46,298 nt of DNA, taken from NCBI GenBank assembly GCA_964528205.1, contig CAZGRI010000003.1, positions 1 through 46,298 on the forward strand, given 5' to 3'. Below are positions 8,528 through 17,203 of this stretch, in pieces. Position 1 is the first letter of the stretch, and every line of letters starts with the position of its first letter. Source of the DNA: an uncultured Dehalococcoidia bacterium. Lineage in GTDB: Bacteria > Chloroflexota > Dehalococcoidia > Lucifugimonadales > CAZGRI01. The notes under the pieces are model-generated. The model worked only from the letters and a program-made list of their open reading frames with translations, made no database searches and had not been told where the DNA came from. A program made the position numbers and the translations under genes.

Positions 8528-10240
8528 TCAAAACGCGTCGGGTGCGGCGGCGATCTCGTCGAGCTGGTCCCTGGTGTACGACCCCAGGCTCCGGAAGTCC
8601 AGCTCCGTGTAGTTCTTGATCCAGCGCAAAGTGATCTTGCCGGCCTTTCGGTACCGCTCGGCGGCCTGTTCGTAAGCCGCCCGGCCGGCGGAATCTCCGT
8701 CCTGCACGGCCCCCTCGCGAATCCTCAGGATGTCCTCGAGCTCCTGGCCCACCAGCCGTTTGACCAGGCCGAGGTCGTGGGCCTCCTCGGTGTCGGTGCC
8801 TACCGCTGAGTGCAGGACTCGCTGGGACGTCTGGGCCACCGATATTCGCGCGGTCGCCAGGTCCTCCATCAGCCGGGGCTGCACGCCGGGCCGTCCCTCA
8901 AGGCTGTCGATGCCCTTGGCCCCCCTGCCGGTCAGCCAGCCCTCCAGATACTCGATCATCGTCCGGATATTGCGACGGGTGCCCTCCACGGTGATGGGCC
9001 CCTCGGGTGCCTTGACCTCCACCGGGTAGTTGTCCGGGTCGGCCATTTCGGCGGTTGGCTTCCATCCCGAGCCGATAAGGTTCTTGAACGGGTCCGCCGC
9101 GGGCTTCATGTGGAAGATGTGGGCCACCCATCCTCGGAGGAACCCCTGATGGGCCTCCCATTCCTTGTCGGCCCCGATAGATGCGGCCGCGGCCTCGTTC
9201 ACCTCAGGATTGCGGTCGGGCAGCGCTGTAGCCATCCCCCCGATGGGAACGGCGCCCCTCTTGAGGCAGATGCTGACCAGCCGCCTGAAGATGTTGGCGA
9301 TGAAGTCGGTCGTCTTGATGTCCACTCCGAAGCGGTCAGGCCAGACGGACTCGGGGTCCGTCATGACGTACTCCAGGATGCTTGCCTTCAGGTCCCAGCG
9401 TGCCGCGTTGAGGCCGGCGCCATAGGGGCCCAGGGCATGCAGCATCTCCTCCATCTGGTAGACCGCGGGCAGCGACTCCACCAGGATTATTGCCTTTATG
9501 ACGGCGTCCGACGGCAGGTCCAAGTGACGGACGCTGAAGTCGAAAAAGTCCCGGTACCAGGATGCCTCGTCAGCGGACTCGAGCTTGGGCAGGTAGAAGT
9601 AGACGCCCTGACCGCGTTCGATCTGGGCCCTGCCGGCGTGGAACAGGGTCAGCGCCGTGCCCAGAATGGCCGCGGGGACCGGCTCTCCGTCGATCCGGAC
9701 GTCGGACTCGTCCAGATGGAGGCCGCGCTCGCGGTGCATGAAGAAAGGGATCTCGCCGGGCTGGATCTCGTACTTGCGGCCTCGCCGCTTGTCTTCGAGC
9801 ACGAGCGTGCGTTCTACGGCGCCCAGCCGGTTGCGGGCCGCCGCCAGCGTGTCAACCAGCCTGTGTCCCCCTGAGTCCTCGTCGTCGTCCAGGTAGCCCT
9901 CCGCTCGGTCACCGTCCGGCCCGGCGTTGAGGGCGTTGATGAACATGTTGGTGATCGACGCCGGCCCTGATATCTCTATACCCGGCCTGGTGAGCTCCTC
10001 GGGTACCGAGGCAACCTTCCAGTCGCCGGTGTTGATCTCGCTGACCGGGGGATGTGTGAGCTTCGCTCGGTCGCTCAGCGTCCTGCTGAGGACCTCGGCC
10101 CTCGCCCGGCGAAGCTGGTGGACCCTTGGCGTAAAGCGTTGATGGGCCGTCGCGAGGTAGGTCTGGAACTCCTCGGTGAGTAGCTTACCGGCTCCCTCAA
10201 CAGGGGCGAAACTGACGGTGCCGATGCTTGTCCCTGCCAT
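8528..10240 (-). CDS. aceB: Malate synthase (A-type)
   Basis: 570 aa. Diagnostic malate synthase A segments (GIEISGPASITNMFINALN, GVYFYLPKLESADEASWYRDFF, LNAARWDLKASILEY, GGMATALPD). Confidence 0.9.
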   Translation of the reverse strand: MAGTSIGTVSFAPVEGAGKLLTEEFQTYLATAHQRFTPRVHQLRRARAEVLSRTLSDRAKLTHPPVSEINTGDWKVASVPEELTRPGIEISGPASITNMFINALNAGPDGDRAEGYLDDDEDSGGHRLVDTLAAARNRLGAVERTLVLEDKRRGRKYEIQPGEIPFFMHRERGLHLDESDVRIDGEPVPAAILGTALTLFHAGRAQIERGQGVYFYLPKLESADEASWYRDFFDFSVRHLDLPSDAVIKAIILVESLPAVYQMEEMLHALGPYGAGLNAARWDLKASILEYVMTDPESVWPDRFGVDIKTTDFIANIFRRLVSICLKRGAVPIGGMATALPDRNPEVNEAAAASIGADKEWEAHQGFLRGWVAHIFHMKPAADPFKNLIGSGWKPTAEMADPDNYPVEVKAPEGPITVEGTRRNIRTMIEYLEGWLTGRGAKGIDSLEGRPGVQPRLMEDLATARISVAQTSQRVLHSAVGTDTEEAHDLGLVKRLVGQELEDILRIREGAVQDGDSAGRAAYEQAAERYRKAGKITLRWIKNYTELDFRSLGSYTRDQLDEIAAAPDAF

Positions 10241-10618
10241 CGTGCTTCCTCCTCTTTCCCCGTCCGCCTAAGCCAGAGGGCTTCGACGCGTTGATTGCAC
10301 AGATCGAGGTGCGGCCGAATGCGGTCGCTCCACGCGACCAACACACGATACCCACGAGGCAAAGAGGTGTCAATCCTGCCGACGGCAAGCCCCGGCTCCC
10401 TGGAGCACGGTGTGATGTGAGCGTCCGACGGGTGGTGTGGTTGGGTAACCGCGAGCGCGTGGGTCCGGCGAAGTACAGATCGGAATGTTGGACGGCCTGA
10501 TGCTCAGCGCTTTAGCCGATAGAGTACGGACGGCGCCATACCGCACCGGAATTCTGGCTGTGTGACAGACATGCCGGAGCGTTGGCGGATTGGCCGGAGG
10601 ACCTTGGCGTTCGAGGAG

Positions 10619-10762
10619 CTAGGAAGCTTTGCCGATCCTGAACACGGTCGCGCCGCAGACTGAGCACTTGCCGCGGGTGGCCGGCCGGCCGTTCTTGAGA
10701 GTCACTTGCTGCGCTTCATTGATGTCGCGGTGGGCGCGGCACTTCAGGCAGTAAGCTTGCAT
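10619..10762 (-). CDS. DUF5679-type small zinc-ribbon protein (47 aa), missing from the ORF track
   Basis: The reverse-complement translation is MQAYCLKCRAHRDINEAQQVTLKNGRPATRGKCSVCGATVFRIGKAS. It has two CxxC pairs and the KNGRPA core typical of this family. A GGAGGTG ribosome-binding site lies 5 nt upstream. Confidence 0.7.
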   Translation of the reverse strand: MQAYCLKCRAHRDINEAQQVTLKNGRPATRGKCSVCGATVFRIGKAS

Positions 10763-10980
10763 TGGACACCTCCAAACGTAATGAGAACCCCGGGGGACGC
10801 CTTGACCGCGCCTACGAAATCCGGCGATGTGCCGGAGGTGGCCGCCTGTCTGAACGGACCGGTAACGTCGCTCACCGGTCCCGTGGCCATAATTCGATGC
10901 GCCCCCGCATCAACGATGCGTGAGCGCAGCCCCCTTCGAATTGCCAGAGCTATTATATAGGCCGCTATCCCTTACAACAA
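10763..10980 (-). promoter_or_regulatory. Candidate promoter (TTGTTG-17 nt-TATAAT) plus a ~180-nt hairpin-rich 5' leader of the DUF5679 gene
   Basis: On the minus strand, TTGTTG is at 10980-10975 and TATAAT at 10957-10952. The leader holds three clean hairpins. One is nested at 10891-10942 (aattcga/tcgaatt enclosing tgcgc/gcgca enclosing gcatc/gatgc). One is at 10856-10881 (ggaccggt/accggtcc). One is at 10820-10836 (tccggc/gccgga). Confidence 0.35.
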
Positions 10981-11097
10981 GCCCCCGGACACACTGGAAC
11001 CTTGGCCCTATCGTGTGCGTCTGACCGACCCCCATCCGACCGCCGCGAACGGAGCCCTCTCCGTCGCGGCGCACCGGTGCCGGGAGCCGCCACGAGA

Positions 11098-11126
11098 TTG
11101 ACCGGGAGATAGGCCGCAAATATAAT
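11098..11126 (+). promoter_or_regulatory. Candidate promoter of the ComDE-like operon (TTGACC-17 nt-TATAAT)
   Basis: TTGACC at 11098-11103 and TATAAT at 11121-11126, 50 nt upstream of the ATG at 11177. Confidence 0.45.
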
Positions 11127-11176
11127 GGCGTGGACCCCATCCGCTTGGATATCAGGATAGGAAAGGACCCGTCCAC

Positions 11177-11674
11177 ATGCAAGAGCCCCTATTAACGCCC
11201 GCGGCAGTCCTGGGACAGCTCAACAAAAACAACGTCAGCCACGTCGTCTGGCTACCCGACAGCGAGACCAACTTCATGTACCACCAGATGGTGGCCGATC
11301 CGACTCTTAGTCTGGTCCCGGTCTGTCGAGAGGGCGAGACTATGGCCATCGCCGCGGGGCTGTGGGTCGGCGGCAAGCGGCCCATGGTGCTGATTCAGAA
11401 CACTGGACTTTTCGAGTCCGGGGACTCGGTCCGGGGCCTCGGGTTGGACATAAACATACCGCTTGTCATGATGATCGGCTACCGCGGGTGGACGCGGCAC
11501 GGCGTAACGCCGGACTCGGCGGCGACCTATACGGAGCCCATCCTCAACGCCTGGGGCATCAGATACTACCTGGTTGAGACCGACGCCGACGTCGATCGGG
11601 TCTCCCTGGCGTTCGAGGAGGCGGAACGGGAGCGCCGCCCGGTCGCCTGCCTCATGGGCGCGGAGTACGGATAG
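11177..11674 (+). CDS. ThDP-dependent sulfopyruvate/phosphonopyruvate decarboxylase-like enzyme, alpha (N-terminal PYR domain) subunit
   Basis: 165 aa. ComD-like pattern (VSHVVWLPDSETNFMY ... VCREGETMAIAAGLWVGGKRPMVLIQNTG). Confidence 0.78.
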   Translation: MQEPLLTPAAVLGQLNKNNVSHVVWLPDSETNFMYHQMVADPTLSLVPVCREGETMAIAAGLWVGGKRPMVLIQNTGLFESGDSVRGLGLDINIPLVMMIGYRGWTRHGVTPDSAATYTEPILNAWGIRYYLVETDADVDRVSLAFEEAERERRPVACLMGAEYG

Positions 11675-11676
11675 AC

Positions 11677-12252
11677 ATGATCGAGATGGCGGACGCCCTT
11701 CGGCTGATCGAAGAGCGACGAGACGGCGCGCTGGTCGTTTCAACCATGACGGGGACCCAGGGTTGGAATGCGGTCACATCGAACGAGGCGATAGACCTCC
11801 CCATGGGCGGCGCCATGGGCAAGGCTTCGTCGCTCGCCCTTGGCCTCTGTCTGGCGCGGCCCGACAAGAGAATCATCCTCATCGACGGCGACGGCAGCCT
11901 CCTGATGAACCTGGGCGCTCTGGTCACGGTAGCCGGCAGCATGCCGCACAACCTCTACCACGTCCTCCTGGACAACGAGGCGTACGCCGTCACGGGAGGC
12001 CAGCCCACTCCCGGCGCCGGTGTGGTCAGTTTCACGGGGATGGCTCGGGCCGCGGGCTACAACGCCGCGTTCGACTTCGACGATCTGGAGGACCTGGTGA
12101 CCCGCATCGACGAGGTCCTGGGACACAAAGGCCCCGTCCTGGCGTCGATCAAGACCACTCCGGTGATTGACCCTTTGCCCTTGCCTCAGCGTGGCCCCTC
12201 GCGCCGGACCCCCGAGGCCATGCAGACCATGTCCGACGCGCTACGCCGGTAG
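11677..12252 (+). CDS. ThDP-dependent sulfopyruvate/phosphonopyruvate decarboxylase-like enzyme, beta (PP domain) subunit
   Basis: 191 aa. ThDP-binding motif GDGSLLMNLGALVTVAG...LLDNEAY. Starts 3 nt after the alpha-subunit stop. Confidence 0.78.
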   Translation: MIEMADALRLIEERRDGALVVSTMTGTQGWNAVTSNEAIDLPMGGAMGKASSLALGLCLARPDKRIILIDGDGSLLMNLGALVTVAGSMPHNLYHVLLDNEAYAVTGGQPTPGAGVVSFTGMARAAGYNAAFDFDDLEDLVTRIDEVLGHKGPVLASIKTTPVIDPLPLPQRGPSRRTPEAMQTMSDALRR

Positions 12253-12320
12253 AGTGCCGGCCGCCGGTCTGCAACAGGTCGGACTCTTCAGCCGTCACAC
12301 ATGAGGATCGGGGACTGCAC

Positions 12321-13082
12321 ATGGTAGACGCGCACGAACTCTCGGGAAAGGTCGCTATCGTCACGGGCGCGGGCCAGGGAATGGGCAGGGCCGTGGCGGA
12401 GAGGCTGGCCGCAGCCGGCGCCCGCATCGTGGTGGATGACCTCGACATCGAGTCGGCGCAGCGAACGGCGTCAAGCATCAAGTCCCACGGTGGCGACGCC
12501 CTCGCCATTGCCGCTGACGCTTCTTCACGGAAGGACGTGCGGCGTATGGTGGAGAGCGCTCTTGACGCCTATGGCGAGATCCACATTCTGATAAACAACG
12601 CCGGGGTGCTTCGCCCCACCCCTGTCATCGACATCGAGGAGGACGAATGGGACCTGGTGGTCGGCGTCAACCTCAAGGGCACGTATCTTTGCTCCAGAGA
12701 GGTCCTGCCGTCCATGCGGAAGGCGGGCTGGGGCCGCATCGTGAACTTCTCGTCGACGGCGGGAAAGAACGTCAGCACGGTGGGCGGTGCGCACTACACG
12801 GCGGCCAAGGCCGGTGTGCTGGGATTCACACGGCATCTGGCAAGCGAGGAGGCACGGCACGGCATCACCGTGAACGCGGTGTGTCCCGGGCTCATCGACA
12901 CGGAGATGGTACGCTCGACCATCGACGACTCCCGGGCAAAGGCCTACGCGGACAGCTTCCCGATCGCCAGGCTTGGGGAGCCCGCTGAGGTGGCGGAGCT
13001 GGTGGCTTTTCTAGCGTCGGATAGGGCTGCCTACATCACCGGGGCGTCGCTGGACATCAACGGCGGCGACCTCATGATCTAG
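12321..13082 (+). CDS. SDR family oxidoreductase (FabG-like)
   Basis: 253 aa. TGAGQGMG cofactor motif, NNAG, catalytic YTAAK, and C-terminal GEPAEVAELVAFLASDRAAYITGASLDINGG. Confidence 0.9.
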   Translation: MVDAHELSGKVAIVTGAGQGMGRAVAERLAAAGARIVVDDLDIESAQRTASSIKSHGGDALAIAADASSRKDVRRMVESALDAYGEIHILINNAGVLRPTPVIDIEEDEWDLVVGVNLKGTYLCSREVLPSMRKAGWGRIVNFSSTAGKNVSTVGGAHYTAAKAGVLGFTRHLASEEARHGITVNAVCPGLIDTEMVRSTIDDSRAKAYADSFPIARLGEPAEVAELVAFLASDRAAYITGASLDINGGDLMI

Positions 13083-13107
13083 CATTGATCTGCGGGCTGA
13101 GCCGCAG

Positions 13108-13560
13108 CTAGCGGAACCGGGCCTCTATGTCCAGGACCTTGTCCAGCCGTCGCCGGTGGCGCTCCTCGCCGGTGAAACGAGCCGATAGGAAGGCCGTGGC
13201 CAGCTCCCTCGCGACCTCCGGCCCCACGATCCTGGCACCCATGCAGAGCACGTTCATGTCGTCGTGCTCGACCCCCTGGTGGGCCGAGTAAGTGTCGTGG
13301 CACACGCTGGCGCGGATGCCGCGGACCTTGTTGGCGGCGACCGACGCTCCCACGCCGCTGCCGCACACCATGATGCCGCGCTCCGCACCGTCGGTAAGGA
13401 CGGCCTCCGCCAGCGCCTTTGCGAAGTCGGGGTAGTCATCAGTGGGATCGAGCGCGCTGGGCCCGACGTCCACGACCTCGTGCCCCTGCTCCGTCAGGAA
13501 CTCGACCATCTCGGTCTTCAGTCCGTACCCGGCATGGTCGGCCCCAATGGCAACTCGCAT
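13108..13560 (-). CDS. rpiB: Ribose-5-phosphate isomerase B
   Basis: 150 aa. MRVAIGADHAGYGLK ... GIMVCGSGVGASVAANKVRGIRA ... is the canonical RpiB/LacAB pattern. Confidence 0.9.
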   Translation of the reverse strand: MRVAIGADHAGYGLKTEMVEFLTEQGHEVVDVGPSALDPTDDYPDFAKALAEAVLTDGAERGIMVCGSGVGASVAANKVRGIRASVCHDTYSAHQGVEHDDMNVLCMGARIVGPEVARELATAFLSARFTGEERHRRRLDKVLDIEARFR

Positions 13561-13709
13561 TGTCCGTCTCCTTGCTCAGAACACATGCCGATGTATTCGA
13601 TCTCCGGCCGTGCTCAACGACGTCCCAGAAGTGTAAACACAGCGCGACGGAGCGTCAACATGTGCGAGAATGCCGCTGGACCGCCGCGTGGCCCAGCCCG
13701 GCCTATGCA

Positions 13710-13738
13710 TTGACACCGATTGGGGGCGTGGGTGTAAT
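13710..13738 (+). promoter_or_regulatory. Candidate promoter (TTGACA-17 nt-TGTAAT) of the hydrolase-like gene
   Basis: TTGACA at 13710-13715 and TGTAAT at 13733-13738, 53 nt upstream of the ATG at 13791. Confidence 0.35.
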
Positions 13739-13790
13739 GTGTCCGAACCGGCCCTCGAAGCGGAACGCAGTCCATCAGGAAGAGTGTGTC

Positions 13791-15797
13791 ATGCCGATAA
13801 CGGAGCTGGACATAACCAACGACAGCGCCTTTGCGGACGGTGAGGTATTCGGCGACGTAGGCCCATACCGCCTGCTGGAAGGGACAGCCCGCTTTACGAT
13901 CGACCCGCTTGCGGTCCAGAACCAGGCGATCACCGACGTCGAGCTGGCGCCGCGTGACGCCGACGGCAAAGTGGCGTTCTCGTCGGACTTTGCGATGCTG
14001 CAGCCGGCGGACCCGGAGAAGGGCAACCGCCGGGTCCTGTTCGACGTAATCAACCGGGGCCGCAAGACGGTGCTGGGGAACTTCAACAGCGCCGAGCGAC
14101 CGCTGGACCCTGCGGGGCCCCTTGAGCCGGGAAACGGCTTTCTGATGCGCCACGGCTACACCGTGGTATGGTGCGCGTGGCAGGCCGACGTGCCCCCTAC
14201 TCCAGGCCTTATGGGTCTGTCGGCGCCCGAGCCACTGGGTCCGGACGGTGGCCCCCTCACCGGCAAGATGATGTTCTGGCAGCAAGTCAACGAGCCAACC
14301 CAGGTCCTCCTGCTGTCCGATCGGCAGCACCTGCCAAACCCTCCGGCGGACATCGACGACCCCTCCGCCGAGCTTTTCGTTCGCGACCACCCAAATCGCC
14401 CGGCCGAACTCGTTGCTCGCGACAAGTGGTCGTTCGTACGGGTGGAGGGCGTGGAGGTCGAGCCGGAGCCGAGCCACGTCTACATGCCCTCGGGCTTCGA
14501 GCCGGGCAGGATCTATCAGCTCGTCTACACGGCTAAGGGGAGCAGAATAGTCGGCCTGGGCTTCGCCGCGGTCAGGGATAGCGTGTCCTTCCTCAAGCAC
14601 GGCTCGACTGGAGACGGCAATCCCTGCACCGGTGGCATAGACAAGGCGTACGCCTTCGGCTCGTCGCAGAGCGGCCGGTTCCTCCGCCAGTTCATCCACA
14701 CGGGGATGAACGAGGACGAGAACGGGCGTATGGCCCTGGACGGCATCATCCCTCACATCGCGGGCGGAATGCGAGGCGAGTTCAACCTGAGATTCGGCCA
14801 GCCGTCCAAAGACATCTGCTACGTGATTCCCGAGATGTTCCCGTTCACGGACACCGAGCAGTCGGACCCCGTCACCGGGTACACGGGCTCCGTGCTGACG
14901 CGTCTCAAGGACCGGAACGTCGTCCCGAAGATCATGTTCACCAACACCTCGGCCGAGTACTGGAGGGGCGACGCCGGGCTGATACACACCGACCTGGAGA
15001 CGATGACCGACGCCCCCGAGGAGTCGGAGTTCGTGAGGCGATACCACTTCGCTGGAACGCAGCACGGGGCGGGCGTATTCCCGCTCAGTGACGTTCGTGC
15101 GTCCGACGGCTTGCGGGCAGAGCTTCCCTACAACAGCGTCGATTACGCGCCACTGCACCGGGCCGCGCTGGTGAATCTGGACCACTGGGCCACCACCGGC
15201 GAGCCCGCGCCGGCCAGCAGCCATCCCAGCTTTTCCAACGGCACCGCCGTCGAGTCGCACACACTGCTCGACAGGTTCAAGTCGCTGCCCGGGGTGCGGG
15301 TTGCACCAGAGACGACCCGGGCGATTCGGCTCGACTACGGACCTGAGGCGCACCTGGGCCGCACGACGACCCTGCCACCCGTCGACGGAGAGACGTACCC
15401 CGCCGTGGTCTCGGACATAGACGCGGACTTCAACGAGACCGCCGGCATACGCCTGCCCGACCTGACGGTCCCCGTCGCCTCGTACACGGGCTGGAACCTG
15501 AGGCATCCGGACAGCGGCAATCCGGACCTGTACATAGGCGTGACCGGCGGGTTCGCAGGCTGGACCCTGCCACTTGCCTCCAACGCCGAAGAGAGGGCCG
15601 GGTCCAGCGATCCCCGGCCCTCGATCGAAGAGCGGTACGAGTCCAGGGAAGCCTACCTTCAACAGGTGCGAACGGCCGCAAAGAGTCTGGCTGTCGAGGG
15701 ATATCTGCTGGATGAGGACGTGGTGGACGTGGTGGACCGAGCGGCGCTCAAGTACGACACGTTCACGGCCGCGGTCGATGGCCCTGAGGCTGGCTAA
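13791..15797 (+). CDS. Large conserved protein of the alpha/beta-hydrolase-domain (Abhydrolase_10-like) type
   Basis: I chose the internal ATG at 13791 (MPITELDITNDSAFADGEVFGDVGPYRLLEGTARFTIDP...). The 124-aa upstream extension of track ORF 13419..15797 is Arg/Pro-rich and overlaps rpiB. The family assignment rests on memory of homologues with the same N-terminal pattern. Confidence 0.65.
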   Translation: MPITELDITNDSAFADGEVFGDVGPYRLLEGTARFTIDPLAVQNQAITDVELAPRDADGKVAFSSDFAMLQPADPEKGNRRVLFDVINRGRKTVLGNFNSAERPLDPAGPLEPGNGFLMRHGYTVVWCAWQADVPPTPGLMGLSAPEPLGPDGGPLTGKMMFWQQVNEPTQVLLLSDRQHLPNPPADIDDPSAELFVRDHPNRPAELVARDKWSFVRVEGVEVEPEPSHVYMPSGFEPGRIYQLVYTAKGSRIVGLGFAAVRDSVSFLKHGSTGDGNPCTGGIDKAYAFGSSQSGRFLRQFIHTGMNEDENGRMALDGIIPHIAGGMRGEFNLRFGQPSKDICYVIPEMFPFTDTEQSDPVTGYTGSVLTRLKDRNVVPKIMFTNTSAEYWRGDAGLIHTDLETMTDAPEESEFVRRYHFAGTQHGAGVFPLSDVRASDGLRAELPYNSVDYAPLHRAALVNLDHWATTGEPAPASSHPSFSNGTAVESHTLLDRFKSLPGVRVAPETTRAIRLDYGPEAHLGRTTTLPPVDGETYPAVVSDIDADFNETAGIRLPDLTVPVASYTGWNLRHPDSGNPDLYIGVTGGFAGWTLPLASNAEERAGSSDPRPSIEERYESREAYLQQVRTAAKSLAVEGYLLDEDVVDVVDRAALKYDTFTAAVDGPEAG

Positions 15798-16545
15798 GAG
15801 ATACTGGGCCACGAAGCCCCGTACACTGGCCCTGCTAGGCGACATCCGAGACTCCGGCTGGTGCCGGCGCACCGTGTACATCGCGCCGTCCGGTGACACA
15901 AGGCAGGCCCAAAGCGACACCCCGCACCCTCCGGAGGCCTCCTGGCTGGACGACGTAGACTACGTGGTCCGGCAGTCGGGCCCCTCTGAGACTGGCCTGG
16001 GCGTCTTTCTGGGCGACGACCGGGCCGTGGTAGTCCTGCCTCCATTCCCGCTGTCGGATTACGTCGGGCGCCCCGGGGCCCACGTCGCTCCGCTTGTCGA
16101 GCTGCTGGCCTCCCAGACCGTGTCGGGCGTCGTGCTCCTCAGGCTGGGTCGCTATGCGGTTGGCGTCCTGCGAGGCGACGAGCTTGTCGCGTCCAAGACC
16201 GGGACACGGCACGTCAAGAGCAGGCATCGCGCCGGCGGGTCGTCCCAACGGAGGTTCGAGCGCAGCCGCGAGAGGCTTGTCCGGGAGCTCTTCGACAAGA
16301 CCTGCGAGGTCGCCCGGGCCGTTCTGTCTCCATACGAGGCCGAGATCGAATACGTCCTCACCGGCGGCGAACGCCACACGCTGGGCCGCTTCGTAAAGCG
16401 ATGCCGGTACATGAGAGACCTCGGCCCCAGGACTCTCGGACGGGTGCTTCAAATAACCCGGCCGGGGCAAAGAGCTCTCGAAGGAGTGGCCGCCGAGGTC
16501 TGGAAGAGCCGGGTCCTGGTATTTGAACCGGATGGGAAGAGCTAG
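15778..16545 (+). CDS. acVLRF1-type (Vms1/ANKZF1-like, eRF1-fold) peptidyl-tRNA hydrolase
   Basis: Conserved core VVLLRLGRYAVGVLRGDELVASKTGTRHVKSRHRAGGSSQRRFERSRE, carrying the GGxSQ catalytic-glutamine loop. The start is uncertain. The ATG at 15778 overlaps the upstream gene by 20 nt, and the track start at 15574 is rejected. Confidence 0.6.
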   Translation: MALRLAKRYWATKPRTLALLGDIRDSGWCRRTVYIAPSGDTRQAQSDTPHPPEASWLDDVDYVVRQSGPSETGLGVFLGDDRAVVVLPPFPLSDYVGRPGAHVAPLVELLASQTVSGVVLLRLGRYAVGVLRGDELVASKTGTRHVKSRHRAGGSSQRRFERSRERLVRELFDKTCEVARAVLSPYEAEIEYVLTGGERHTLGRFVKRCRYMRDLGPRTLGRVLQITRPGQRALEGVAAEVWKSRVLVFEPDGKS

Positions 16546-16575
16546 TTGACAACGGTGAAGGCTTCAATCTCCGGA

Positions 16576-16605
16576 TTGTTGAGGCCCGCAATACGCTGCT
16601 ACAAT
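16576..16605 (+). promoter_or_regulatory. Candidate promoter (TTGTTG-18 nt-TACAAT) of the ferredoxin-like gene
   Basis: TTGTTG at 16576-16581 and TGcTACAAT ending at 16605. This is the same extended -10 as at ribD. Confidence 0.35.
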
Positions 16606-16663
16606 GGCCCGATCCTGTCAACTGAGCGATACGAGATCATAAACGATGATAAGGAGATGGAGC

Positions 16664-17017
16664 ATGGCCGAATTTGAGGCGCAGGTTCTTGTCTGCACCA
16701 ATAGCGAGGGGGCGGAGGACCAGCGACACTGCGGAGACAAGGCCGGTGAGCAGGTCCTCCAGAGATTCAACCAGCTCCTGGTGAAGCACCAGCTTCAGGA
16801 CCGGGTGGACATCTGCGACGTCGGCTGCACCAGCCAGCACCGAAAGTGCGACACCAGTCAGGGCTCGGTGATCGTGTACGGTCCCGCGGCCGCTCAGGGC
16901 GGAGTCTGGTACGTCGCCTCTCCGGACGACGTCGAGGAGATCATCACGGAGCATCTCATCAACGGGCGAGTCGTCGACCGGCTTCGGAACAACGAGCGCT
17001 CGGTCAAGCTGTCCTAG
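16664..17017 (+). CDS. Thioredoxin-like (2Fe-2S) ferredoxin domain protein
   Basis: The ATG at 16664 is preceded by AAGGAGA. The pattern VLVCTN...HCGDK...DVGCTSQHRKCDTSQGSVIVYGP...GVWYVASPDDVEEIITEHLINGRVV matches this family. Confidence 0.7.
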   Translation: MAEFEAQVLVCTNSEGAEDQRHCGDKAGEQVLQRFNQLLVKHQLQDRVDICDVGCTSQHRKCDTSQGSVIVYGPAAAQGGVWYVASPDDVEEIITEHLINGRVVDRLRNNERSVKLS

Positions 17018-17178
17018 CTACAGCCGGTAAAGAAAACCTGCTTATTGGGAAGATTTCTTGGCACAGGCCTGCCGGATATTCGATTGTCCCCTTGGACTAA
17101 GATCCCAGGTTCGTACGCCGTTCCCGCTGACTTCGGGCTTATTGCGTTGATCAAATAGGATGGCCTTGGAAGCCAACT

Positions 17179-17203
17179 GTCATGCTGAGCTTGTCGAAGC
17201 ATC
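17179..17203. repeat. REP-like palindromic element (gtcatgctgagcttgtcgaagcatc)
   Basis: Hairpin atgct...agcat. It belongs to a short-element type seen in many bacterial genomes, whose spurious translation reads VMLSLSKH. Confidence 0.45.

Noticed and set aside
8810-9874. 354-aa plus-strand ORF inside the malate synthase region
   Set aside because: It is antisense to a gene with unmistakable malate synthase motifs. The composition is shadow-like (Gly/Arg/Pro/Val/His) and there are no motifs.
13419-13790. Upstream extensions of track ORFs (13419 for the hydrolase-like gene, 15574 for acVLRF1, 18721 for MMPL-1, 25055 for the aminotransferase, 35138 for YceI, 42013 for the kinase, 31047 for the LVIVD protein)
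   Set aside because: Each extension overlaps a neighbouring gene or is Arg/Pro/Gly-rich without an RBS. Internal starts have Shine-Dalgarno sequences and give canonical N-termini or signal peptides.
13614-15920. 768-aa minus-strand ORF, the longest ORF in this region
   Set aside because: It lies antisense to the 13791..15797 hydrolase-like gene. Its translation is Arg/Gly/Pro/Val-rich with no recognisable motif. This is the typical shadow ORF of a high-GC genome, and the plus-strand product has a convincing conserved N-terminus.
16546-16551. Perfect TTGACA just after the acVLRF1 stop, as the -35 of the ferredoxin promoter
   Set aside because: It lies 48 nt from the TACAAT -10, too far for one promoter. 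A TTGTTG at 18-nt spacing fits better.
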